From contig OZ038379.1 of assembly GCA_964036045.1 (NCBI GenBank), positions 55,180,001 to 55,244,000 on the forward strand: a stretch of DNA of 64,000 nt, in the 5' to 3' direction. The notes under the pieces were generated by a model that saw nothing but the letters and a program-made list of their open reading frames with translations, was not told the origin of the DNA and did not search any database. Positions 10,905 through 21,621 of this stretch are shown one piece after another. How positions within the stretch are numbered: position 1 is the stretch's first letter; every line of letters starts with the position of its first letter. The translations under genes and the position numbers were made by a program. Origin of the DNA: Eutreptiella sp. 'Long Island Sound 2002'. Lineage: Eukaryota > Protista > Euglenida.

Positions 10905-13900
10905 TACAGACTACCGCCCCTTGCAGGCACCCACCAAGACCGGCCGCCGCCTACGCGGGACTCAATGTCCACCTAGCTGGTGGGCACGGGCTGGGTTTTG
11001 GACAGAACCTCCCGTCCCCCTAGCTGGACGGCCCGGGCCGTTGGCAACTGCCGTCCGCCGCGGGCCCATAATAGGCACCGACCGCCGCCTGCGCAGGCCT
11101 CCCCGTCTCCTCAGCTGGTGGGCCCCAGCCGTTGGGAATCACCGTCCCCCGCATGCCCTTCATGAGCACTGACTGCCGCATGGGCAGGACTACCCGTCCC
11201 CCCGAGGTTGGTGACTTCGGGCCGTTGGGAACTGCCGTCCCCCGCATGCCCTCTATGAGCACCGACCGCTGCCTAGGCGGAACTCCCCGTCCCCCCAAGC
11301 TGGTGGGCCCGGGCCATTGGGAACTGCCGTCTCCTGCAGGCCCTTCATGAGCACCGACCATCGCTTGGGCAGGCATCCCCGTCCCTCCGGGCTCATGCGC
11401 CCAAGCCGTTGGGAACTGCTATACCCCACAGGCCCTTAAAGAGCACCGGTAGCCGCCTGGGCGGGACTCCGCATTCCCTCAGCTGGCAGACCCGGGTGGT
11501 GGGGGAACTGCCGTCCGCTGCAGGCCCACCATGAGCACCCGTAGCCGCGTGGGCGGGGCACCCCGTCCCCTTAGCTGGTGAGCCTAGGCCATTGGGAATT
11601 GCCGTCCCCTAAAGGCCTTTTATTGAGCAACGACCGCCGCCTAGGCAGGGCTCCTCCTGCCACCAGGGTGGTTATCCCGGGCCGTTGGAAGCTACCGTCC
11701 CCCACAGGCCCTCCATGAACACCCAACGCAGCTTGGGCAGGATTCCCCGTCCCCCCAGTTGGAGAGCCCGCGCCTGTGGTAACCACCGTCCCCCGCAGGC
11801 CCTTCATGAGCACCGACCACCGCCTGGGCAAGACTCCCCGTCGCACTAGGCTCATGGGCGCGGGCCGTTTGGAACTGCCGTCACGCGCAGCCCCTCAATG
11901 AGTAACGACCGCCGCTTGGGCTAGGACTCTCCGTCCCCCCAGCCCCTGGCCCGGGTTATTGAAAACTGCCGTCCCCTAAAGGCCCTTCATGAGCACAAAC
12001 CACCTGGTTCGCAGAACTCCCCTTCCCCCCAGCTGGTGAGCCTGGGCCGTTGGGAGGCGCCGTCCCCTACAAGCCCTTAATGAGCACAGACCGCCGTTTG
12101 GGCACGATTCCCCGTCGGCTTAGTTGGAGAACCCCGGCCCTTGGGAACTAAAGTCCCCCGCAGGCCCTTCATTAGCACCGACCACCGCATGGGCAAGACT
12201 CCCTGTCCCACCATGCTCATGGGCCCGGGCCGTTGGAAATTGCCGTCACCCGCAGCCCCTCAATGAGCACCGACCGCTGCCTGGGCTAGGACTCCCCGTC
12301 CCCTTAGCCTTTGTCCCGGGCTGTTGGACTCTGCCGTGCCCTACAGGCCCTTCATGAGCACGGACCACCGGGTAGGCAGGAGTTCCCGTCTCCCCAGGTG
12401 GTGAGCCCGGGCCGTTCGGAACCACCGTCCCCTACAGGCCCTTCATGAGCACCGACCGCCGCCTCGGCAAGACTCCCCGTTCCCCCAGGCTCATGGGCCC
12501 GGGCCTTTGGGATTTGCCGTCACCCGCAGCTCCTCAATTACTACCGACCGATGCCTGGGCTAGGATTCCCCGTCCCCCTACCTAGTGGGCCCAATCCGAT
12601 GGGAACCGCCGTCCCCCGTAGGCCCTCCATGAGCACAGAACGCCTGGTGGGCAGGTGTCCCCGCCCCACCAGCTTGTGGGCCCGTGCTGATGTCAAGTGC
12701 CGTACCCTACAGGCCCTTCATGAACACCGACCGCAGCTCGGGCAAGACTCTTGGTCCCCACAAACAGGCCTTCCATAGGTATCGACCGCCGCTTAGGAAG
12801 GGCCCCCACTACCACCAGCTGGTGAGCCCGGGCTGTTGGAAAGTGCCGTGCCCTACAGGCCCTTCTTCAGCACCCACCAACACCTCGGCAGGACTCCCCT
12901 TCCCCCGTGGCTCGTAAGCCCGGGCTGTTGGGAACTGCCGTTCCCCGCAGGCACTCCATGAGCATTGACCGCCGCCTAGGTGGGACTCTTTGTCCCCCCA
13001 GCTGGTGAGCCCAGGCTGTTGCAAACTGCCGTGCAATACAGGCCCTTCATTAACACCGACCGCCGCCTGGGCGGGACTCCGCATCCCGCCAGCTGGTAGA
13101 CCTGGGGCGTTGGGCCCTGCCGTCCCTCGCCGACCCTCCATGAGCACCCACCGCCGCCTGGGCAGGCATCCCCATCCCCCCAGTTCGTGAGCCCGGGCCG
13201 TTGGGAACTGCCGTCCCGCACAGGCCCTCCAGGAGCACCGACCGCCGCCTTGGCTAGGATTCCCCGTGCACCTAGCTGGTGGGCCTAGGCTGATGGGAAC
13301 CGCCGTCCCCTGTAGGCCCTCCATGAGCACGGACCGCTTGGTGGGCAGGTGTCCCCGTCCCACCAGCTTGTGGGCCCGTGCTGTTGTCAAATACCGTGCC
13401 GTACAGGCCCTTGATGAACACCGACCGCCGCTTGGGCAAGACTCCTCGTCTCCGCCGACTCATGGGTCCGATCCGTTGGGAACTACTGTCCCAAACAGGC
13501 CTTGCATAGGTATCGACCGCCGCTTAGGAAGGGCCCCCAGTACCCCCATCCGGTGAGCCGGGGCTGTTGGAAACTGCCGTGCCCTACAGGCCCTTCTTTA
13601 GCACCCACCGATGCCTCGGCAGGACTCCTCGTCCCCCCTGGCTCGTAAGCCCGGGCTGTTGGGAACTGCCGTTCCCCGCAGGCACTCCATGAGCATTGAC
13701 CGTCGCCTGGGTGGGACTTCTTGTCCCCCTAGCTGGTGAGCCCAGGCTGTTGCAAACTGCCGTGCAATACAGGCCCTTCATTAACACTGACCGCCGCCTA
13801 GGCGGCACTCTGCATCCCGCCAGCTGGTAGACCCGGGCCGTAGGGCACTGCCGTCCCTCGTAGGCCCTCCATGAGCACCCACCGCCACCTTGGAAGGCGT

Positions 13901-14770
13901 CTCCATCCCCCCAGCTAATGAGCCCGGGCCGTTGGGAGCTACCGTCCCCCACAGGCCCACCAGGAGCACCGAACGCCGCCCGGGCGGGACTGCGCATCCC
14001 CCTAGCTGGTGGGCCCCGGCCGTTGGCAATTGCTGTCCCCCGTAGGCCCTCCATGTGCACCTACTGCCGCCTCGGGAGGACTACCCATCCCCCCAACTGC
14101 TGAGCCCGGGCCGTTGAGAACTGCCGTCCCCTGCATGCCCTCCATGAGCACCGGCCGTCGCCTAGGCAGTGCTCCCCATCCCCCGAGCTATTGGAGTCAC
14201 GCCGATCGAGGCTTCCGTCCCCGAGAGGCGATCCATAGGCACCCATCGCCCCTAGGGCCGGACTCCTTGTCCCGCCCAGGTGGTGGGCCGGGCGACTGGG
14301 AACTGCCGTCCCCCTCAGTCCCCCAATGGGCACCGACTGCCGCCTAGGCAGGACTCCCCGTCTCGCCGGCTAGGGGGTGCGAGTTGATCGGGGCTGCTGT
14401 CCCCTGCAGGCCCTCCTCAGACACCAACCGCCGCCTTGGAAGCACTCTCCGTCCACACAACTGCTGGGCCCGGGCCAATAGGAACCGCCGTCCCCCTCAG
14501 GCCCTCCGTACCCACCAACCGCCGCCTACGCAGGACTCCCCGTCCCCCTAGCCCTTGGACCCCGGCCGTTGGCAGCTACCATCCCCCGAAGGTCCTCCAT
14601 AGGCACCGACCGCCGACTGTGGGGGGTCCACATCCCCTTTGCTGGTGGTCCGCGCCGATGGGGGCTACCGCCCCCCGCGGGCACTACATAAGCACGGACC
14701 CTGCCTTGGAAGGACTCCACATTCCTCCAAGGTAGTGGGCTTGGGTGGTTTTAAGGGCTGCCGCTCCCCC
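10905..14770 (+). repeat. ~91-bp GC-rich satellite, subfamily A
   Basis: Unit gggccgttgggaactgccgtccccc..caggcccttcatgagcaccgaccgccgcctgggcaggactccccgtccccc..gctggtgagccc; successive starts at 11037, 11128, 11221, 11313; ~731-bp 8-mer duplication (12765 vs 13496). Confidence 0.97.
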
Positions 14771-14984
14771 CGCGGACGCCCCACAGACACTGATCGCCGC
14801 CTGGGCAGGACCCCTGGTCCCCCTAGTTGGTAGGCCGTGCCCCCCCCCCCCCCTGGAAGCCAGGCCCAATTGGGAAGCCCCGATTCCCCCCCCCCCTCCA
14901 TGTTGGTGCTCCGTCAGTTGCCGCTGTGCCGCGCGAAGGGCCATCGCGCGATAACAATACCGTCACACGCACCTGTAAGGTCAC

Positions 14985-15400
14985 CAGCTCGGGGGACGGG
15001 GAGCCCTACCCAGATGGCGGTCGGTGCCTATGGATTGCCTACGGGGAACAAAAGCCCCAATCGGTGTGCGCCCAACAGCTTGGGGCACGAGGAGGCCTGC
15101 CTAGGTGGTGGCCGGTGCCTATGGAGAGCTTGAGAGGGACGGCAGTTCCTAGTGGTCCGGGCCCACCAGCTGGGCTATACTAGGTGGCCCTCGGCGGCGG
15201 AGTGGCCCGGGCCCACCTGCTTGAGGGGACGGGGACTCCTTCCAAGGCGGCGGTCGGTGCTTGTGGAGGGCTTGCGGGGGACAGTAGCCCCCATCGGCCC
15301 GCCACCCCTAGCCGGGGGAACGGGGAGTCCTGCCAAGTCGGCGCTCGGTGCCCATGGGGGGACTGAGGGGGAGAGCAGTCCCCAGTGGCACGGACCCCCC
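14985..15400 (-). repeat. Inverted block of the ~91-bp satellite between two copies of a ~220-bp end module
   Basis: gacggcagttcc..gggcccaccagctggg is the reverse complement of subfamily A; end modules at 14770-14985 and 15475-15695. Confidence 0.85.
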
Positions 15401-17839
15401 CCCCCCCTGGGAAGGACTTCCGGTTCCCCCAAGCTCGTGGGCTCGCGCCGTTCTAAGGGCTAATACCTCCCCGTGGACACCCCACAGACACAGACCGCCG
15501 CCTGGGCAAGACTCCTCGTCCCCTCAGATGGTAGGCCGTCCCCCCCCCCCCCCCTGCGACAAATGGGAAGCTTGGCCCAAATGGGAAGCCCTGATCCCCC
15601 CCCCCCTCCCCGTTGGCCCTCCGTCAGCTGCCGCTTTGCCGTGCGAAGGGCCATCACACCATAAAAATACCGTCGCACGAAACCTTAAGGTCGGCCGCCG
15701 AAGGCCACCCACGGGAGAGCTGGGGAAGGAGCCGGCGCCTTAGCACTAGGCGATCCGGTTACCAGGAAGCGTAGTGCCCATGCATGAACGACCCACAACG
15801 CGTCTCCTCTCTCGTTGTCTAGCCCAGTGGCACAACATGTTCCCTACCGCACCCACCACCCGTTATGCGCAGCACCCTCCCATCCCGGGAGGCCCTCTGG
15901 TGCCGCACCCTACGCGATCGCCAGGCTACGCTCGGGCGACACGAGTTATACCCATAACCCCGATACGCCTCATCATCCGCTGCAGAGGTCCACTCGCAGC
16001 CGGCCTACCCAGCGTACTATGTGCGGGAGCCGCGTTATGGGGTACCCTAGCCCGCCCCACCGGCCTCGCCACTGCCAGTAGTGCCGCCCCCTCATCAGCG
16101 GGACATGGAGCTGGCCTACCTGCGGGGCAATGTGGCACGTTTGGACTGCCGCTCAGAGAACGCTACACCCCCCCAGGGGGCCGCACAACTGCCGCACCAG
16201 TCCGCTTGTCTCGGCCCCATTGCGGACACGGTCGGAGGGACGGCACCGGCACCCCAAGCAGCGCTGCGGCACGCCATGGCCCTCGCCGGGGCGCCAAGAC
16301 GACCCCTGAAGCCGCGCACCGACGGTCCCCCTCCCCCCGAGGGGGGCATGGAGGGGGCCACCGTTGGCGGGATTGTGATAGTCCCTGCAGCGGCTGTAAG
16401 GCTTACTGGTGGTCCTACCGTACCCCGGAACGGTGTGACGAGCCAAGATCGTAGAGACCCGCCTCTGGTGGCCCCGCCTACGCTAATGGTGGTAGTGACC
16501 TTGCCGCCACCCGGCACGACGACAACCCCCCACCGTGGCCCACCCAGAACCGTCCCTGATAGAGTGCCCCACGGGCGGCGGGTCCCCTAGCCCGGAGACA
16601 GGTTGGCGGTTGCGCTATCATGTGCCGGAAACTCGGCACATACCTCACTCGGAGCCGAGAACGGCCTTCCACGCCTGCCCTCCTCATTTTAACACAGGAC
16701 AAATCCCGGTGCAAACGCCCACGCGGACGCTAGAAGGCCCGGCAGACACAGACCTAGCCATCTGCTGGGACCCCGCAAGGGTCGCCTGCCCATGCCCCTA
16801 CGGGTATACAGTCGACGCCGGGCCTTATGGCCCGCCGCCAACAGGTGACACGGTCTCCTCGGGGTGAACACCCACGAACGCCCCAAAGCAGGCGTACCCG
16901 GGCGACCCAAACCACCCCGGGTCTCTGGGATGCTGCGGTTGCCCCCTTCGAGAGAGTAGAGCTGTGCTTGCAGCAGCACCGCAACACGGATCCGCCCACC
17001 GTCCTCCATCCGCATCGCCTCCATGCGGGGTCGTCACATCGCCACTCGGCAAACCACTTTATGTGGATTGGTGGAACGGTACGAGTCGCACTTGCCTTCT
17101 TGGGGGGAGAGAAGCATGGATACCTCGCCTTCCGCTCCAACTCTCAAGCTGTGGCTGCCTGCGCTGCGGTCAGCGCTGCCCCGGGAACGATTGCAGCGCA
17201 ACCGGGGCACTTGCTGGCAGATTCCTCTGTGTTCACTCTCATGTCACGCGCAGCCTCACGGTGTATACCCGGAACGACGCCCCGGCGGACGGAGGAAAGG
17301 GGGAGCTACCCACCCAGGCGCCCTTCCCCACGCGTAGATTAGCCACCCCTCACGGAGGCAGACGTCAAGCGCCTCATGGCCGACGTCGTTCGTCACCCGC
17401 CGCACGAGGATCCTGCACAAGTGGGGCAGCTCACCTAGCAACCATTAGCCGACACCGCCGGCACCGCGGTGCGGCCTTTGCAGGCGGACCTCCCCCCCTC
17501 CCGATGCGCCTGACGGGCATCTTACGCCCTCGTCCCGGGGCGCTGATCGCCAACAACCGGCCGGCCGTGATGCGGCGCCTGAGCTCCTACAAAAGCGGCC
17601 CGAAAATCGAGCCAGCTCGCCCACACCTACCCCTGGTACAGGCTAGAAGATCCAATCTTGTTCTTGCCTAGAACATCTAGAGTAGATGTTCTACTCTAGA
17701 TTAGATCAATCCTATAACGATATAATGTCTACCAAGATGTGCTAGGTCCTTCATTGTTCCGCCGTGCATGTTTGCTTGTCCGTAGTGCATTGTTCCATGG
17801 TCCCTTCTCTTACGCTTAGATATTACACATTTCTTTGCA

Positions 17840-19790
17840 ATGAAACGCCCCGCCAATTCCCCCCTGGGTCCCTCTTCAACCGACAAGGATACTTCCTCGT
17901 TGTCTATGGCACTACGGGACTTCAGTGGGGCTTCTAACCTGAAGGATGAGCGGGTGGGCCATTACGTGGCCACTTGGGCGTTGTCATGTTCCCTAGCACG
18001 GCGTCAATTCAACAACGCCGTCCAATATGTGAACATCGCCATTTCTACCCAAACCACGGGTGAGGCATGCAAGGCCGCCGTTGAGGCATACGCCGCCTCC
18101 CTACTCCCCCCCACCGCCATGTGTGAACTTGTGCTCAACATGAGGGCCCCCAAGACCTCGTGGAGGACCCTCTCGGAGCTCTACACGCTCCGTAAGTTTG
18201 CGTACCACCGCACCATTCCCGGTGCCCCCTATTCCCGTCCAATTTGTACCAAGTAGGACTTCCAAGCTCGTTGGAAGGAGTTGGTCGCCCCGGTGCAATT
18301 GGATCCCCCCGTTGCCACCGTGTTGCCCAAGGCCACCAGGCTCTCATGGCCCTTCGCCTCATGGGTCAAATACATCCTCTCCCGGCCAGGCTTGGTGCGG
18401 TCAATCAACCGCTCCTTCCCATGGACGTTCATCCTCCGGGCGGATTCCTACCCCGTGGCCAGAGGCAATTGGACCCAACCCATCATCTCTTTGGCCAACT
18501 TCGACCGCTTGGCCCGCTCCCCCGCGGGCCTTTGGGTGTTGAGCATGGCTAATTGCGATGACAAGGCCATGGACACCCTTGGGACGTTGTGGAAGAGCAA
18601 TTGGGAGCTACTCCTCTCACCTAGTGCCTTTCACTCATTCTAGGTTTGATCTAGTTAGCCTCGGACACCGTTCGCTTGAAGGTAGGCTAGACTAGAATGG
18701 AACGAAATGAACCACCCCGCACTTCTCCTGCTTAGGTGATTCAAGACAACATCGACACGGGGCTCGTCCAATGGGGGGCCTCCAAGGAGGAGGCAAGGGT
18801 GATCCTCGGGGAGGCTCAACCGTGGACACGAAGGGTGATCGGCGTGTCCACATGCCACGTGGGCCCCATACTCAATGAGGGGATATGGAGTGCCCAAAAG
18901 AAGACTTTGGAGGGTAGTGGTATCCCGCAAACAATGGAGGGTGATGAGGCCCAGTACACGGCCTTCCTCCTTGGGACGCCTTCTTTGCAAGCGGCTAGCT
19001 GCAGTACACAACAGATTTTGAAATTGCCACGTGCCTGGGTCGTTTTGTGCATTTTGCACTTGACAAGGGTCATGGGCCGCTTGTTGCGGCAGTTTGTCGA
19101 CTGGGGGGCTAGGGCGGTCACCCCTGCGCTCCATCAAGACCTGCAAGTTCTCATGTCAAAGAGGCGTGCCGGTTGGAGCATTTATGGGTCAGCTTCCCCG
19201 GACGGGGGAGAAACGGCCAGCTTTTTGGAGGCATGGCCGGATATCGCTAGGTGCCTCGGCATTAGGCTAGGCACGGCCAAGTACAAGGCCATCGCGAACC
19301 TGTGGGACCTGGTGCAGGCCCTTAATTGTACTATCAGGGCCCTAACCCATTGAACTGCGTCGCCGTGGCCAAGGATTTCCGGCGGCATTGTATTGCTGGT
19401 ACGGCATCATGGTTTCTACTAAGCCTAAAGCATGATGTAGATGCCATGTTGCAGAACATCAAGCCATTTGGGTTGGCTATGTTCTCGGGTGACATTTCAG
19501 AAAGCATGAACCGCTTTCTAAAACATGGTCATAATGAGCACAGTAATCGGGGGGGGATCTTGTCGGATGGAGGGGGCGGACGGTGTGTCAGGTCGTAGTG
19601 GTGTGCCATCCACAGGGAGGCCGGTGTGCAAGCGCAGTGCATGACATGGCTGTTTGCATGCTTGGACGTGTCGTGAGTTGTGCACAGCGGGGCCATGGTC
19701 GCAAGTGCCATGCGGCAGGGATGCCATGGAATTGAGGAGGGCCAGTGCCACATGCAGGCTTCCCTCGAACGGAATCTTCAGCATCAGCAA
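17840..19790 (+). pseudogene. DDE transposase, copy 1 (decayed, one 128-nt intron)
   Basis: FILRADSYP (D at 18443), second-D site changed to A (GEAQPW, 18814), CILHLTRVMG (19048), FSGDISESMNRFLK (E at 19500); intron 18608-18735 with donor GT changed to CT; internal stops and a frameshift. Confidence 0.8.
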
Positions 19791-19959
19791 CATGTCCGCC
19801 AAGGATTTAATCGACTGATCAGGTGCATCAAAGTATTTTGGGGCAGGGGAGGTGGGTATGGGTGGACGAGGGGGGAGGGGGTCGTCCACCTGGACAACCC
19901 CCTGCGGGTGGGGAGGGTCCGAGGGTGGTGGGGGTGGCAACCGGAGTTGCCGTGGCGGA

Positions 19960-21621
19960 ATTGGGGGGGAACGACCACCCCTTGGGAAAAGGGGGTCAAG
20001 ATGTTTGAGTTGGCCCAACTCAACCTCTTCACCCCCGAGGTGAAAAAGGGGGGGGCCAGCCACTGGCGATTCACCGCCATGTGTTGGCAGGCGCATTGAC
20101 TTGGGGGGATGGAGTTTGCGGGGAGGATCTGGACGGGGACGCCGGCCTGGTCGGCGATCATGGAGATCGGGGGGTTTGACCCGCCGGCGGCCAACCAGGG
20201 GGCGTATGCAAGATTGGTGCACGGCATCGCTTCCCGCCCCAAGTCCAAGCCCAAGCCCCCTGCAACCCCCGCGACTGGGGGCCCCCCCGCACCCGCAACC
20301 CCCCAACCCCTGGGACCCTCTCGCCAAGGCCCTGGGGGCCATCTCCCCCGCGCTTGACCGGCAAGGCTTGGTATGTTGACTGCGTTCTAGTGTTGATCTA
20401 GCGAACCGTTCTAGCGTTGATCTAGCCACCGCCGCCGCCGCCGCTAGAATGTCGCTAGAACAGTTGCCTAGAACGCCGCTAGAACACACCTGCCTCCTGT
20501 TTTTGTTCTTACGTTGTGAGCGTGCATACACGTGGGGCCGACCCCCGCGGGGTGCGCGTGCAGTGGCGCGATGGCGGAGGCCGGACGCACCTCGTGGAGG
20601 TCACCGAGTTGGGCCGGATGTTGGGGAATGACCCCAATGTGGCCCCCTCGGTGCTTCAAGGGTCGGGTAGGTGGGAGGCGGGGAGGAGTGCAGGGGGCAT
20701 GGACGCGCAGCGCAAGGTTTGGTTGAGGGTGCAGTGCCAGGTAGGGAAGACCAGCAGCAGCAAGAGCAGCACGTGCAGCAGTAGCAGCAGCAACAGCACC
20801 AGCGGGGAGAGGACACCCCCCCCAAGGCCCCCAAACCCAAACCCCCCCCAAGGCCCCCAAGAAGAAGCCCCGCCACTTCGAGAGTAGCAAGGAAGAGCCC
20901 CCCCCCCCCGAAGCCCAGACCAAGCCCAGGGCCAAGCCCAAGGCCAAGGGCAAGGCCAAGGCCAAGCCCCCCCACCCCACCCCAAGCCTCCTTCTTGGAG
21001 AATAGGGGCCGTGACCCCTATGGTAATGTGCCGGGTGTGGGGGACATCCGGTATGTCCCTTGGAAGGAGGGGAGCAATTGGGGTGCCGTCAGCCAAGTGA
21101 CGGTGTTGGGGGATTGGGATGAGGAGTTGGACCCGGGGGACTGGTAAGTGGTGTCGCAGGGGTCCAATGGGGAGGAGGGGAAGAAGGGGAAGAAGAGGAA
21201 GCGTGAGTAAGAGCGGGGCGCCTTCCGGGTGCTTGGGGACCTCCTCTTCCGCATCCGGGAGGAGGCGGAGGCCCACCTCCGGGAGGCCTTGAGGGAGGGG
21301 GACGACAGGGACAACGGGGATGACGGGGATGACGGGGCTGATGAGGGGGACGACGGTGACGACAAGGGGGAAGGGGGTGACAAGGGCGGTGAGGTGGGGG
21401 GTGACAAGGGGGGTGTGAAGGAAGGGGACACGGGGGGTCAGAAGGGGGGGGGAGCAAGGATGCGCCCCGGCAACCCCCCACCACACAGGAGTGGTAAGCT
21501 GCGTGTCGCTACTCTCGAAAGTAGGCTTGGGGGGGGGAGGGGGGCTAATCGGGCTAACAGGGCTAATCGGGCTAACCCACCACCAAGTGACCCGGCGCCG
21601 GCCCACCAAGTGACCTTCTAA
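19960..21621 (+). pseudogene. Conserved downstream coding block of the TIR element, copy 1 (second gene or long C-terminal extension)
   Basis: GVKMFELAQ..WRFTAMCWQA, EIGGFD..AYARLVHGIASRPKSK, DEELDPGDW, FRVLGDLLFRIREEAEAHL; all are also present in copy 2. Confidence 0.65.

Noticed and set aside
10980-15743. Dozens of 60-190 aa Gly/Pro/Arg-rich ORFs in satellite A (likewise 27900-35500 and 50900-53200)
   Set aside because: These are products of GC-rich tandem repeats whose periods (91 and 41) are not multiples of 3.
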